This document shows, piece after piece, positions 1-13,393 of a stretch of 64,000 nucleotides of DNA. The stretch is from Mobula hypostoma (taxonomy: Eukaryota), in contig NC_086097.1 in assembly GCF_963921235.1 (NCBI RefSeq), positions 142,416,001 to 142,480,000 of the forward strand, in the 5' to 3' direction. How positions within the stretch are numbered: position 1 is the first letter of the stretch; every line of letters starts with the position of its first letter. Position numbers and translations under genes: made by a program. Under the pieces are notes generated by a model. It saw only the letters and a program-made list of their open reading frames with translations. It had not been told where the DNA came from and searched no databases.

Positions 1-563
1 CAAATTAATAACATTTTAATTATTGTGCTTCTCTCAACCCTCAATAGTTATGTCATTACAATATTGTTAGCTTGATAAATATATACAGTACTTTTGTTTT
101 ATGGTTTGCAAATTGATGTCTGAAAGTATGGAGCAGAACTAAAGACTAGCTATTTAAGATGATGAGACAGAACTTGCATTTATGTCACACATCTAAAAGA
201 ATCAGAGTCATATGTGCTAAATTGTTTCACAGAAAGGTTCAGAAAAGTGTATAGCCATGAACTTGAAATATTAGTTCAGATGACAGAAAGATTAGTCAAA
301 AGTTGGTGGTTTTAAAGAATAGCTGAAAGGGGATTTGGAGAGAGAGAAGCAAATTGGGGCCTGGCTTTATAGCATATTCAGAAAAGAGATGAGCTAAATG
401 AAGGACAGATATAATTATGCTGAGAGCTGACAAGAGTGAATGCAGATACACACAGTCTGTTGCTGTAATGTTTGTCTACAGTTTGTAAGAAAGTAAAGCA
501 ATACACAGCAACCTCAAGAAATCAAGCAGTGTGAACTATATTGGGAAGCACAGCAAATGGCAT

Positions 564-997
564 TGTCACAACCCACAGACTCTGCTATGGAGACTGGCCA
601 CCTCGCAGGCGAGTTGCTGAATGAGGTTGCCATCATGCTCGTGATATGGACGTTCCAGCTAATTAGTGTTTCATTGTGGTGGTATTCAACTCTCTTTCTT
701 TTGTTTTAATCTTGACCAAAGCACAGTAACATTCCCACATTCCCCACTTACTTTAATCCTCATTCTGGGAAAGAAGGCTACAACTTAGATTGACACTGTA
801 AGGATGGGAATTCATTTAGTATTAAATTACTGCTTCCAAGCTGCAGTATTGGCATTAGCTCTGAGAGTTTTATTTAATTGTCCTGTTGTCCTAGTGTTTA
901 TTATTTTTCCTTTCGTTTCACACAAAATTCAGTGAATTGTTCAGTCTGCTTCAGTGTCTCTCCCTCTGCATCTGGGCCGTCACCAAACATCATGTCA
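564..997 (+). repeat. 5' LTR
   Basis: Starts TGTCA and ends CATGTCA; aligns by eye with 4301-4712. Confidence 0.88.
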
Positions 998-3900
998 GCA
1001 AGACTTGACCACCAAAATGGACCCAGAGGAGAGAGAATAGCTGACCATGGCTCTGACATTCATTGGTCAACTGGGAGAGAAATTAAAGTCAGTGGAGACT
1101 GGATTGGCAAAGGTGGCCCATGCAATGCGAGAACCACTCTCAGAGTGGCAAGCCCAATCCAAGAAGGAAGAACAAGTGTCAGCACTTGTAGCAACAGTAC
1201 AGAAACTAAACACAGGCTGCCAGAATCTGGTGGTAGTTTTTAATGCTCTCACTGCTGCCACTCAGCTGCTCATAACGGACAGCCAGAATCAGATGGCACC
1301 CATTACTGCTCTCACTGATGCTATTCAGCAGCCTTCTGCCAGGAGAGACCCAATCCCAGCACCAGGACCTACCATATCCTCTTCTGTAGCATTCTCATAA
1401 CCCTCACCCACTAATGCCCTGGTTTCCATGGCTTTTCCTGGACCTGAACTGAGTATTCCTCCATCAGGTAGATACTCCAGTGACCCCAATGGCTACGGAA
1501 TCTTTACTGCCCAGAATGAACTGACTTTCCAAGCTCAACCAGGTCAGTTTGGTGATGATGCACGCAAACTGGCTCACATGGTGAATCTCTTAGCTAGGCC
1601 TCCACTCAGCCTGTTCAGTTCTCTATGGGAACAGGGTTCTTCTGCAGCCCAGTCTTTCTAGTGACCTGTAGTTGAGTTCAAGAGTGTTTGATCTTCCAAT
1701 ATGGGGTCTTTCCCCCCCTCTCATCATAAGAGTGGCCATGGAAGAATACATCAAGGAGGCATTGGCCTTGGGATTTATTCATCCATCAACCTCGCCAGTA
1801 GGTGTGGGCTTCTTTTTTGTGAGCAAGAAGAATGGCAGCTCCACCTCTGAATTGATTATTGGCCCCTCAACAACATCATGGTGAAGAACCACTTCCTTTC
1901 TCCTCTTCATTTGAACATCTCCAAGGAGCAACCATATTTCCAAGATAGATCAGCACAATACTTACAACTTCTTTTGCATCCAAGAAGAGGACGAGTGGAA
2001 GACAGCATTCAACACCTCCACTGGCCACTATGAATACCTCGTGATGCCATTTGGTCAGGTCAAGGCCCACAGCTGTTGTTCAGACCCTGGTCAATGATAT
2101 GCTCTGGGACATGTTGGATCAGTTTGTTTTTGTGTATTGGATGGCATTCTCATCTATTCCCACTCTTGCCAGGAACACATCCATCAGATCCAGAGGGTTC
2201 TCAGATGACTCCTCGAGAATGGTCTTCATGCCAAGCCAGGGAAGTGTAAACTCCACAAAAGCAGGTGTCATTCTCGGGCTACGTCCTCACCGCATCCAGA
2301 GTTCACATGGACCCATGTAAAGTTCAAGCAGTCACAGAGTGGCTTAGATCATTGAGGGTCAAATAGGTGATGAGTTTCATGGGGTTTGCACTTTTATTGC
2401 TGTTTCATCAGAAACTTTGGTTCCATTGCAGCCCTCATAAATACACTCATCAAGAAGATCTCACCTGCATCCTATCCAAGCATTCTCAGAACTTCACCAC
2501 TGCCCCAGTGCTGCAACCTTCAGACCCATCCCACCCATTTGTCATCGAGCTTCAATGCATCAAGTGTCGGCATTGAAGTTGTACTCTTTCAGTGCTCTTC
2601 TGTAGATAATCGGCTACAGCCCCTGCGCTTTTCTTTCCTGTTGCTTGACTCCTACACAGTGTAACAAGTTTTTGGGAACTGGGAACTGAGAACTTTTGGC
2701 TATTAAGGAGGCTGTGGAGGCTTGGCGACACTGGCTGGAGGGGGCAGAGCATCCTTTTCTGCTACAGATGGATCACAAGAATCTCTCATACATCCCTGAC
2801 ACCAAGAGACACAACTCCTGCCTCACCTGATTTAATTTCACTCTCACTGCCATCCTGGCAGCAGGAATACTAAACCTGATGCTCTCTCCCGCCAGTTTGA
2901 CATCTTTGAGGACAGCACCCTCCAGATCCCATCCTTCCTTGCTTGTGCATAGCTGCTCCAGTGATTTGAGACATAGAAGTAGAGGTTAGAACTGCCCAAC
3001 AGTTGGATCCAGGTCCAAGTGGGCTGCCACTGTGCACCCCAGAGTATTGGAGTGAGGTCACTCTTCCCATCTGGTTGGCCATCTGGGAATTCAACAGACC
3101 CTGGAAGTTACAAAGAGATGATTTTGGTGGCTGTCTATGTCCCAAGCTGTCCACGACTTTGTCTGTGCCTGTCCCATTTGTGCCCAGAACAAGACATCAC
3201 ATCAGCTCCCTGCTGGTTTGCTCCATCCACTGCCTGTGCCTCTCTGCCCCAGGTCTCAACTCTCAATGGATTTCATCGCTGGTCTGTGTCCGTCAGATGG
3301 GAACACTACCATCCTGGTTCTCTAAAGCAGCCCATTTCATTGCTCTCCCCAAGCTCCCATCGGCTCATGAAACTGCCACTTTCTTGGTTCAGCCTGTGTT
3401 CAGGCTGCATGATTTCCCTCAGGACAGTGTCTGACTGAGGACCACAGTTCATGTCCCACTTTTAGAAGGTTTTCTGTTCTCTTTAGAGAGCCACAGCCAG
3501 CCTCTCATCAGGTTTCCACCCCCAATCTAACAGCCAGACTGAGAGAGTGAATCCAGAGCTGGAGACAACCCTGCACTGCCTTGTCTCATCCAACCCCATG
3601 ACCTGGAGCTCCCAACTCGTTTGGGCAGAGATTGCTCACAATGACCTCCAGTTGTCCTTCACTGGCATGTCACCCTTTGAATGCCAAAAGAGATTCCAGC
3701 CACCACTTTTCCCTGACCAAGAGATTAACATGGGAGTTCCTGCTGCTGAACAGTTGGTACAATGCTGCAAGTGCACTAGGAGAAGTGCCAGGGGTTCTCT
3801 GCTGTGCACTCAGAAACAATATGCCCAGCAGGCTAATCAGCTCCACCGACAGGTGAGGCTTCTCAAGCTAGGGGAGAAAGTCTGACCCGCACTTAGAGAC

Positions 3901-4300
3901 CTTCCTTTGAAAATTGGCCCCACGCCATGACCATTCATAGTGGAGAAGGCTATCGACCACGCGTCCTATAGACTGTGCTTACCATCATCGATGAAGATTC
4001 AACCAGTGTTCAATGTTTCTCAGCTCAAGCTGATGACTTCCTCCTTCCCTTTCTCCATTCATCCCCCCCCCACCCCTCCTCCCCACTTGGTAGATGGCTC
4101 CCTTGTCTATTCAGTGTGGTACCACCTGGCACCTTTGCGAGTGCAGGACAGGGTCCAGTACCTCGTGGATTGGGAGGGATATGGCCCTGAGGAACATTCT
4201 TGGGTTCTGGCTCATGACATTCTAGGCACGTCTTTCATCCCAGACTTCCAGCAGGCACAAGTCTCTAGCATGTCAGAGCTGCACCTAGGGAGGGGAACCC

Positions 4301-4712
4301 TATCCCAACTACAGACTCTGCCGCAGAGTCTGGGCACCCTAGCAGGGTGGCCAGTTGAACATGGTCTCAATGGTGGTTGTATTGTAACTCCCTTTAACTT
4401 CAGTCTTATTTAGTCTTGACCAAAGCACAGCAACGTCTATTCTCCCTGCTTACGTTAGTCCTCATGTGGGAAAGAAGACTACAGTTTAAGTTGATGGAGT
4501 AAATGAGCAGAATTATTTAGCATTAAGTTACTGCTTTGAAACTGCAGTGTTGGCATTAGCTTTAGTTGAGAATTTTTGTTAATGGCCCTGTTGGCCTAGT
4601 GTTTATTATTTTTCCTTTTTTTCTACACAGTTCTTATTAAAATACAAAGAACTGTTCAATCCGCTTCAGTGTCTCTCCATCTGCACTTTGACCATCACTG
4701 AACACCATGTCA
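4301..4712 (+). repeat. 3' LTR
   Basis: Follows the polypurine tract, ends CATGTCA, followed by TSD GGCAT. Confidence 0.88.
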
Positions 4713-7148
4713 GGCATAGTACAAGAGATTGCAGAGCATCACTACTGATCAAATTGACTGAGCCCTGAAAGACATTGCCAACAAGAGTGAGTTTTAATCA
4801 CCTCCCTTTAAGGGTCAATGCTATTACCATTGCTAATTCCTCCATTATCACTATAAACCATTATTGTCCAAAAACCCAACAAGACCAGTGATATACTAAA
4901 TATTTTGTTACAAGAAGTAGCCAGTAGGCATCTGTGGCAAGTGACTTACCTCCTGTCACCCCAGAGCCATTCCTCTATCAACAGCGTATTGGACAAGACC
5001 ATGATGGAACATCCTATACTACATCAACAAACAGAAAACTAACGTCATCTAGAACAATGAAGGTTCCTCCAGCATGATCAGCATTCATTCCCTCTATCAC
5101 TGGCTCACCATGTCTACAGAGTATAGAACCTTCAAATTGTACGGCAGTTATTCACCTTGGCTATTGCAACAGCACAGGCCCACATACTTTGCCATGAAGC
5201 AAGACAGTATGGTTGAGGACTTTGTAATTACTTTGAAATAAATGAGGATTTTCTAACTCACGTTTCCTCACCTTTCACTGAAATTTATGTAGTGCAGGTG
5301 GACACAGCTTGAAAAGAGATGTGAAATCTTCTGACAATGTTTCAGCACAAACTGAATTGTATTAGTTAGAACAAGTGAAAAAATTATGTGATGGTTTGTT
5401 TATAAATAAAGCAATATTGGTTAAATGCTAACTTGTAGCATTTAAGTTTACTTAAAAACTATATGCTTGCTTTATCCACATTAGGAGGGAATGTGGGAGT
5501 AGTTGAAAAGAAAAGGTTCCTTTAAGAGACACCACAATTGCTTTGTCATTGTTCATCTAGTGACTGCATGATAGCAGCAATGAAAATGCCTTTGCTTACA
5601 GCAGTAAGTGCTGAAACTGCTGTAATGTAGCTATTGTTATTGCTTTGTTTGCGTGATCAAAATACTGTTGTCATGATACAAAGGCACCCCGTTAAACAAA
5701 GAAAGCTTACAGTGAATGACAGCATTCCTGTTGTGACTTCCACAATGGCAGACCAAGTCACCACTAAAACAATTGTACCAATGTTATTGACATGCTTCAA
5801 TCCTTAAAGGTGTACCCACCAATAACACTCCACAGAGTTTTAGGAGTGGGGGAAAAAAAACTAAGGAAAATTGCAGGAAGAAGAAGCAGGGAAGACATGA
5901 AAGCATTTGAATACTATAATATTTTTTTAATTGTAATGTTGATTAATCAAGGGTCTATTGAAGTAAATAGCTAGACAAATATGAGTTTGACTGAGGTATA
6001 ACAAACAAGGCAGGCACTGTTCTTTGTTGGAATAACGTCACGGAATATTTTTCTTTCAGAATAAGTGGAGCTGAGTCATCTTCAAAAGGCAGGATGTAAA
6101 GGAGTGCTGCATTCTGTCAGCACTGATGAGGTCAGTCTAGATTGTGTGCTCAAATCTTTGGAGTAGGTCTTTAACCCACAACATTGATGTAGAACTGAAA
6201 GAGTTATCTGAAACCTTTCCCTTCAATTTAGAGCTGCCTCTTCCTTGTTTAACATCCTTTCAGAATTGATAAAAGGTCCTGGGAGGCAGTGCATTCTGAA
6301 TTGGTGTTCTTAAAACTTTTTGTATACTTTCATAGAGCCATAATTTGAACAACATGCAATTTCCACTGCTAATATCCACCTTTCTGTTAGTTACTAAAAC
6401 TTCCAAATGTAAGCTTAGAGCTAATAATGTACGACATCGTGGTGTATTGGGAAATGTTTACATGAGGTATAACAGCTGTAAGAAACATCCTGCAAAAACA
6501 ACTTTTAATTAGTGCTTTTCCACAGGTCACAAATGCCATTCAGTTAAAAAGATTATATAAGACAGCTGTGCCTAGAAAATGGATTTCATCCTTTTATTGG
6601 TGCACAAGTAGACATTGTGTTGAGTTGCAATACCGACAAGCATCATCAAATTAGCTAAAAACACCTATTTGTGGAGATTAGCATCCAGGGCCTATTCATT
6701 ATGCTTTAAAATGGGCTTTGTACTGTTCCCACAGACTTCAGCCAATTTAGTGCATTTATCAACAATTATTTGTATGCTGATAGGGGATTGAACAACAAAT
6801 TATATAATGGTTACTAATGAGGAGAGAAGGGCTCTGATGGAGAGTGAAAGAAAGTGGAGTTGAAGGAACTAAGAAATTCAAGAGATAAAATTTATAGGGC
6901 CAGAGGAATTTTCAGAGGTAGAGAAGGACAAGACCACAAGGGATTTGAACATGAAGATGTCAATGAGAGTAAAGATACAGACAAATTGAAGGATTGTGGA
7001 GAAATGTTGTAAACCAACTGTGCATCTGGAGATAGTTGTAAATATCCTCAAAGAACTGCTACTAGCTCTTCAGGCCAGAAAATTATGAATTCAGTACTGG
7101 AGATGTCTACACTGAAGATTCATTATTCTAAAATCCTAGCATTGCAAG

Positions 7149-7255
7149 AATATATTAACATAATTTATTGTATTTATAAATTAACGTACAATATATTAAC
7201 ATAATTTATTGTATTTATACATTAACATATGCAAGAATGTATTAAAATAAATTAT
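7149..7255. repeat. AT-rich tandem duplication, 41-bp unit
   Basis: AATATATTAACATAATTTATTGTATTTATA at 7149 and 7190, plus a degenerate partial third copy. Confidence 0.8.
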
Positions 7256-7317
7256 CTGAATTTGGTATTGTAAAGCATTTATCCTCTCAGGTGGGGGAAT
7301 CCCATGGTTCTATTCTT

Positions 7318-7706
7318 TTCAGAATCAGGTTTATTATCACTGACATATATCATGAAATTTGCTGTTTAGTGGTAGCAATACAGTGCAGAAAATAAAAATG
7401 GCTAGAAGTTACAATAATAAATCAATACTGCAAAAGAGGAACAGTGCAGCAGTGTTTCATGGGTTCATGAACTGTTCAGAAAATCTGATGGCAGACAGGA
7501 GAAGCTCTTCCTGAAACAATGAGTGTGGGTCTTTGGGCTCCTGTACCTCCTCCCTGATGATAGCAGTGAGCAGAGGGCATGTCATGGGTGGTGAGAGCCC
7601 TTAATAATGGATACCACCTTCTTGAGGCACTGTCTTTTGAAGATGTCCTTGATGGTGTGAAAGCTTCTGCCCATGATGGAGCTGGCTGAGTCAACGACCC
7701 TTTGCA
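7318..7706 (-). mobile_element. Rex1/Babar-type LINE 3' fragment
   Basis: Minus strand encodes remnants of the HALFSLLPSGRRYRSL-type C-terminus and ends AATAAACCTGATTCTGA. Confidence 0.65.
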
Positions 7707-8837
7707 ATGTTACAGCAATGCTGCATTGCACTTATACTGTGTGGCATGTTGACTTCCCTTTCAGACTACCTAAAATGCTTTACAGCCAATAAATAACTTT
7801 TATTCAAGTACAGTCACTTTTAGTGTGGGAAGCAGAACATTTATTTGCAGTCCCCAAACTGCAACATGATAATGATCACCCAAAATGCTTTGTTTTTGGC
7901 AAAATTGATTGAGGGATAAGTGTGGGTAACCCACACATTATGGGTTGGAGGTTGCTTTCCTAGAAAATGGTGATTTTCTGTTATGCAGCATACCACATGC
8001 ATCTGCCTCAAGAAACACTGAACACAAAATAACTTATGTTTATTTATATATTTTTCTTTTCGTATAACTTCTCAGAAAGTAAATTTTATTGTACATCTCA
8101 AAATTTTGGGTAGTGATTAGAGAATGTTGTAAGGGCAAATTTCCATTACCTGAGAGGCTATAACACAGGTACACCTGAATTGGTTAGGACTCTGGAAGGA
8201 TCTCAACTGCTTCAAAAGAGCACCAATCATAGTTATGATCACTTGAAGGAATAGGTAGAGTATCAGTTTAAAATCTTATCTGAAATTCAGCCCTCCAGCA
8301 AAGCAACATAACACTTGGTTATCAAACTATACTTCTGGGGCCAACCAACATCATTAAAGTAGATTATAAAGCCATTAGCTCATTGTTGTTGGGTGTGAAG
8401 TTTCCTGTGAGAATTAGCCACCTAGTTCCTGCATTGAAATAGTGATTACATTTCAAAGAACACACATCATGAAGAGTCACCACCAAAGGGGCAAATTTCA
8501 TTCAAAACTAGAAACCTCTGAAGCTATGGGGCTTGGTTATAAGTGAACGAACGTTTCAGGAGAAAAATTATACAGTCAGCGGTTGGTGAATCACAGGCAG
8601 GAACCAAAGGAATTAGGTGCATAATGATTTACAATTAGTTGTTCAAAGCCACACAAAGTACGTGTATTATTGGATCACCAGGCCTTGCACATATTGACCA
8701 CATCTCAGATTCTTTTGCCATAATTTCTAACTATTATTTTGTTCAACCACTTTCTTACCCAAAGTCATATATAGGAGTGGGAAGCATCAACTTCCCCCAC
8801 CCTCCCAACCCCATTAATATTTAAGCATATTAAATAT

Positions 8838-9112
8838 ATAGAAACATAGAAACATAGAAAATAGGTGCAGGAGTAGGCCATTCGGCCCTTTGAGCCTGCA
8901 CCGCCATTTATTATGATCATGGCTGATCATCCAACTCAGAACCCAGCCTTCCCTCCATACCCCCTGACCCCTGTAGCCACAAGGGCCATATCTAACTCCC
9001 TCTTAAACATAGCCAATGAACTGGCCTCAACAGTTTGCTGTGGCAGAGAATTCCACAGATTCACCACCCTCTGTGTGAAGAAGTTTTTCCTAATCTCGGT
9101 CCTAAAAGGCTT
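8838..9112 (-). mobile_element. CR1 LINE 3' fragment
   Basis: (TAGAAACA)n 8-bp tail and CR1 3' UTR similar to the copy at 14727. Confidence 0.8.
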
Positions 9113-9485
9113 GTGTAAGATTAATTGGTATACCTGTACACTCCTCCATCTGTTGTCCTCACTTCAACATTTCCTAATCTTTAGTTTCCCATGTTAATTT
9201 ACCAGTACAGCAAGCAACTGTACAGATACAATAAGCTGAATATTTTACTGGTGTTAAAAATTGCATGGTTATTACTGTTCATAAGTTCATGTGAATTCCA
9301 TGCATTTTCCCCCCAAAATAGTTTGATTACTTCCAAGTGAGAGGGCTTTGACATCTCAGTCAAAAAAGTTGTACAACTTGGCGTAGTTAATGTACTCCTG
9401 TTTCTGGAACAGAGCCTGAATTCACTCAATGTTTCCCAGACTCTAGAAACATCTCAGCAGTTGAAGGCCAGCAAACCCAGTGATA

Positions 9486-10972
9486 CAGTGCCTATGAAAA
9501 GTATTAAAATATTAATTACAAATATAAAACACAAAACAATAGATTGCATAAGTATTCACCCCCTTCAAGTCAATATTTAGATGAAGTTTGGCAGCAATTA
9601 TAGCCTTGAGTCTGTGTGGATAGGTCTATCAGCTTTGCACATCTGGACCCTGCAATTTTTCCCCATTCTTCTTTACAAAACTGCTCAAGCTCTGTCAGAT
9701 TGTATGGGGATCGTGAGTGAACAGCAATTTTCAAGTCCAGCCACAAATTCTCGATTGGATTGAGATCTGGACTCTGACTAGGCCACTCCAGGACATTAAC
9801 TTTGTTGTTTTTAAGCCATTCCTGTGTAGCTTTGGCTTTATGCTTGGGGTCATTGTTTTGCTAGAAAACAAATCTTCTCCCAATTCACATGTACACTGCA
9901 TCAGGGTTTCCTCCAGGATTTCCCAGTATTTTGCTATATTCAGTTTACCCTCTACCTTCACATTGCCTTGTAGGGCCTGCTGCAGTGAAGGCTCCTCACA
10001 ATACTTATGCAGCCACCATCAGAGATGGTGTGTTTTTGATGATGTGCGGTGTTTGTCTTTTGCTAAACATGGTGATTAGTCGGATGGCCAAAAAGCTGAA
10101 TTTTGGTTTCATCAGACCATAGAACCTTCTTCCAGCTGATTTCAGAGTCTCCCACATGCCTTCTGGCAAACTTTAGCTGAGATTTCATGCGAGCTTTATT
10201 CAGCTATGACTTTCTCTTTGCCACTCTCCCATAAAGCTGCGACTGGTGAAGCACTCAGCCAACAGTTGTTGCATGTGCAGTCTCTCCCATCTCAGCCACT
10301 GAAGCTTCTAACTCCTCCAGAGTTGTCATAATTCTCTTGGTGGCCTCCCTCACTGATGACCTTCTTGCAGGGTCACTCAGCTTTCAAGGACATCCTGCTC
10401 TAGGCAGATTTACAGCTGTGCCATATTTCCATTTCTTGATGATTGACTTAACTGTACTCCACGAGATAGTCAGTGAGTTGCAAATTTTCTTGTATCCATC
10501 TCCTGACTTGTGCTTTTCAACAACCTTTTCAGAGTTGCTTGGAGTGTTCTTTTGTCTTTATGGTGTAGTTTTAACCAGGATACTGACTCACCAGCAGTTG
10601 GACCTTTCAGATACAGGTGTATGTTTACAATCAATTGAAACACCTTGACTGCACACAGGTCTCCAAAACAGATCTCCACTTAACTAATTATGTGACTTCT
10701 AAACCAATTGGGTGCACCAGATGTGATTTGATGTGTCATATTAAGGGGGGGGGGGAGAAGAGTGAATACTTATGCAATCAATTATTGTGTTTTATATTTG
10801 TAATTAATTTAGATCACTTCGTAGAGATCTGTTTTCACTTTGACACCAAAAAGTCTTTTTCTGTTGATCAGTGTCAAAAAGGCCAAATTGAATCTACTAT
10901 GATTCAATGCTGTAAAACAATGAAACATGAAAACATTCAAAGGCGGGGTGAATATTTTTTAAATCGGCATTG
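9486..10972 (-). mobile_element. Tc1/mariner DNA transposon, IR/DR type (Passport-like), with transposase pseudogene
   Basis: TA|CAGTGCC...GGCATTG|TA ends; inner repeats TTGCATAAGTATTCAC (about 9544) and GTGAATACTTATGCAA (about 10762); broken minus-strand transposase starting near 10561 (KTKEHSKQL), start codon mutated to ATA. Confidence 0.88.
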
Positions 10973-10989
10973 TAGATGTAAGGTTAACA

Positions 10990-11662
10990 AGCACTGTGGA
11001 TGAAGACCAGCATCCCCATGGTCAATGACCAAGGTCGGTTGGGCCCCATGGACGAGGTTAACCCGCACACGCCCCTCAAGACTGTTGAGTCCTTCCAGGT
11101 CAGAGGGTCACAGGATCAGAGGTCTATGCAGGTAGGAGGCATGAGGCCAGTTGATGCCCCAGCTCAGCGAGTCCTGGGTAAGAGGTCTGTGCGAGTCTGA
11201 GCTCAGAGCCTGGAGTTCAGGGACCTGTCATTCGTGAGTCCAAGAGTCAATACTGAAGATCAAAGCCCCAAGTCGGTGAGTCTGGAAGTCAAGCCTGATT
11301 GTCGATGCCCTGGGTCGGCATATCTGGAAACTGAAGGCTGAAGTCTGCAGTCTGCGAGTCTGAGAGTGCTCTATAGCAATTAAAGGCCTGATGTCCTGCA
11401 AGACCATGATTCCACTGGAGGATGGAGGCCCAGAGGCAGCCCATCCTGGGCCCAGAGACCTATCTGTGTGAGTGTGAGTATGAGTGTGTGGGAGGGGAAA
11501 AGGGGCTTGGTTCGCTGTTGTTATCACTTGTATTGTTCTGTTGAACATTGTGACACTTACAGAATGCGTCCTTAGATTGTGTTGGTTGTTAATGTAAACA
11601 ATGCATTTCACTATGTTTCAATATACATGTGACAAATAAGTGAATCTGAACTAATCTGATCT
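10990..11662 (+). mobile_element. Unclassified non-autonomous retroposon with a LINE-like 3' tail
   Basis: GAGTC-rich body, then CATTTCACTATGTTTCAATATACATGTGACAAATAA, which recurs at the end of the SINE at 49180-49378. Confidence 0.45.
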
Positions 11663-11939
11663 GTACTCTTTGAGAGTGTTTATTAGGGAGGATAAAAGGT
11701 TATTTAACATGTACAGTTAATCTCCATGTTATGGCCATTTGGATCAGAGAAATGTGCCTTTTTGGAAGTCAAAAATAAACACCCAATATTCAGAGAACCA
11801 GAATAAAATTCATTCTTAATACTTTTCTGTGGGAGAAAATTAAATAAATGAAGACAAACTGTGAAAAATATAATAAATTTAGTCCAGGTTTTCAATTTAG
11901 ATTTCTTTTTTTTAGCATGGTGAATTCATTTTAATTTTG

Positions 11940-12305
11940 GATGGCAGGGTGGAGATGGCCAAGGTGTAAGGCATTCCTTCCCTCCACTAGCCTGAGGTCA
12001 CCCTTGGGTAAGGTGTAACACTTGTTTAGCCTCCCCCCCCCCCCACCGTGAAGTTATGGGAGCAGGTGGTGGGTGGTCGTATAGGCAGCTGGTGCATATC
12101 ACAAGTCCTGGTTTTGCGACCACTGACACTAGGCAAACAATCTCTGAAGAGTATTGACAATGGCTGGGGCCAGCCTCCTGGCGAAGACACTGCCCAGAAG
12201 AAGGCAATGGCAAACTACTTCTGTAGAAAAAAATTGTCATGAACGGTCATGGTCATGGAAAGACCATGATCACCCATGTCATATAACACAGCATATAACA
12301 AACAA
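11940..12305 (+). mobile_element. RTE-related SINE-like element
   Basis: Contains GAAGAAGGCAATGGCAAACTACTTCTG, which resembles the motif of RTE/BovB-derived short elements (recalled, not searched). Confidence 0.45.
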
Positions 12306-13300
12306 AATTAATTTTGCTGTCTAGCAGCTTTTTTTATCCAAGCATTTTCAATACTGTTTTTCACAAGATATTTGAAACAGTGTTAGCAAGTTTAAGTGCA
12401 AGTTGTAAATTCAAACTGAAGACTGGAAGTTGAAAGGTGGAGACACAAAAGGCTGCAGATGTTGGAAGGTGACAAGTGGAATTATAGCATCTGCTGCCAT
12501 TTCTGTCCCCAAAAATATCTTAAAGAGATTTGCTTAGAAAACTAACAAGGCAATTTCCTAAGTGGCACCTGCCATGAACCAGCATCTGCATTACTATCAT
12601 TACTGCCAAAAGAAAAACATTCTGTAGGCATGCATCCTCACATATAAAATTGAAATTAACGTAAAAGAGGACTTAGATTCAGAATGTTTTTCTAGGGATG
12701 TAACCACTATATAATACAAGGGTTGCCTGTAGTTGCATTGCATATGTGGCAGAGTTTGGACATTCAACCCAAACAGTCTGTGTCAGGGTTGTTACGCCAC
12801 TGATCTTTCTTCAACTCAATCTACTGGCATAACACATTACTCCTTTCTCCTTCATATGCTTATCCAGCATCCCAGTAATGCATTAACCCCATTAACTCAA
12901 CTGTGCCAGCGAGTTTTACATGCTCACTACTCTTGGGAAATATCATATATTAACTTTCTAGATATGTTCTTCTTTCCATATGGAAATATTCCCTATGTAG
13001 CCAGTCTGTCAAGAACTTTTACAATTTTGAAGGCCCTGTATTAAGTCATCCTTAGAACCTTTTTCTTCAGTTGAAGAGATCTGGTCTATTGAACCTTTCC
13101 TAAAATCCTTGCATTGTTTGCTTCCATTCTTTTAATTCTTTCTCGACACGCTCTCCATTGCTTCCATGTCATTTTAACAATATGACACCATAACTCTGCA
13201 CAATAAGATAAATGTGATAAGCAAATTCAAGATACATTTAACACATCTTCTCTACTTCTGAATTCTATCCTTCTTAAAATAAAGTCCAGTGCTTGGCTCA

Positions 13301-13393
13301 AAAAATAAATTGCTGTAGGAACTCAGTGTGTCAAGCAGCATTTTTGGAGGCAAAAGGATTCCTAACATTCTGGGTCAAGACTCTGCTTAGACA
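13301..13393 (-). mobile_element. 93-bp Penelope-terminus mini-insertion
   Basis: Homologous to 51165-51246; flanked by the perfect 15-bp direct repeat CCAGTGCTTGGCTCA (13286-13300, 13394-13408). Confidence 0.75.

Larger units (their letters stand above)
564..4712 (+). mobile_element. Decayed Ty3/Gypsy chromovirus (sushi-like) LTR retrotransposon
   Basis: Two related LTRs (564-997 and 4301-4712), 5-bp TSD GGCAT (559-563, 4713-4717), polypurine tract AGGGAGGGGA (4287-4296). Broken gag, RT ([17 protein letters not shown]), RNase H, integrase ([13 protein letters not shown]) and chromodomain (QYLVDWEGYGPEEHSWV). Confidence 0.93.

Noticed and set aside
1047..4413. Domesticated sushi-derived gene (PEG10/RTL-like)
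   Set aside because: Many stops and frameshifts, diverged LTRs and a retained TSD indicate a neutrally decaying insertion.
4720..8800. Exons of a neighbouring host gene
   Set aside because: Only old repeat remnants and AT-rich sequence were recognised; small exons cannot be excluded without a search.
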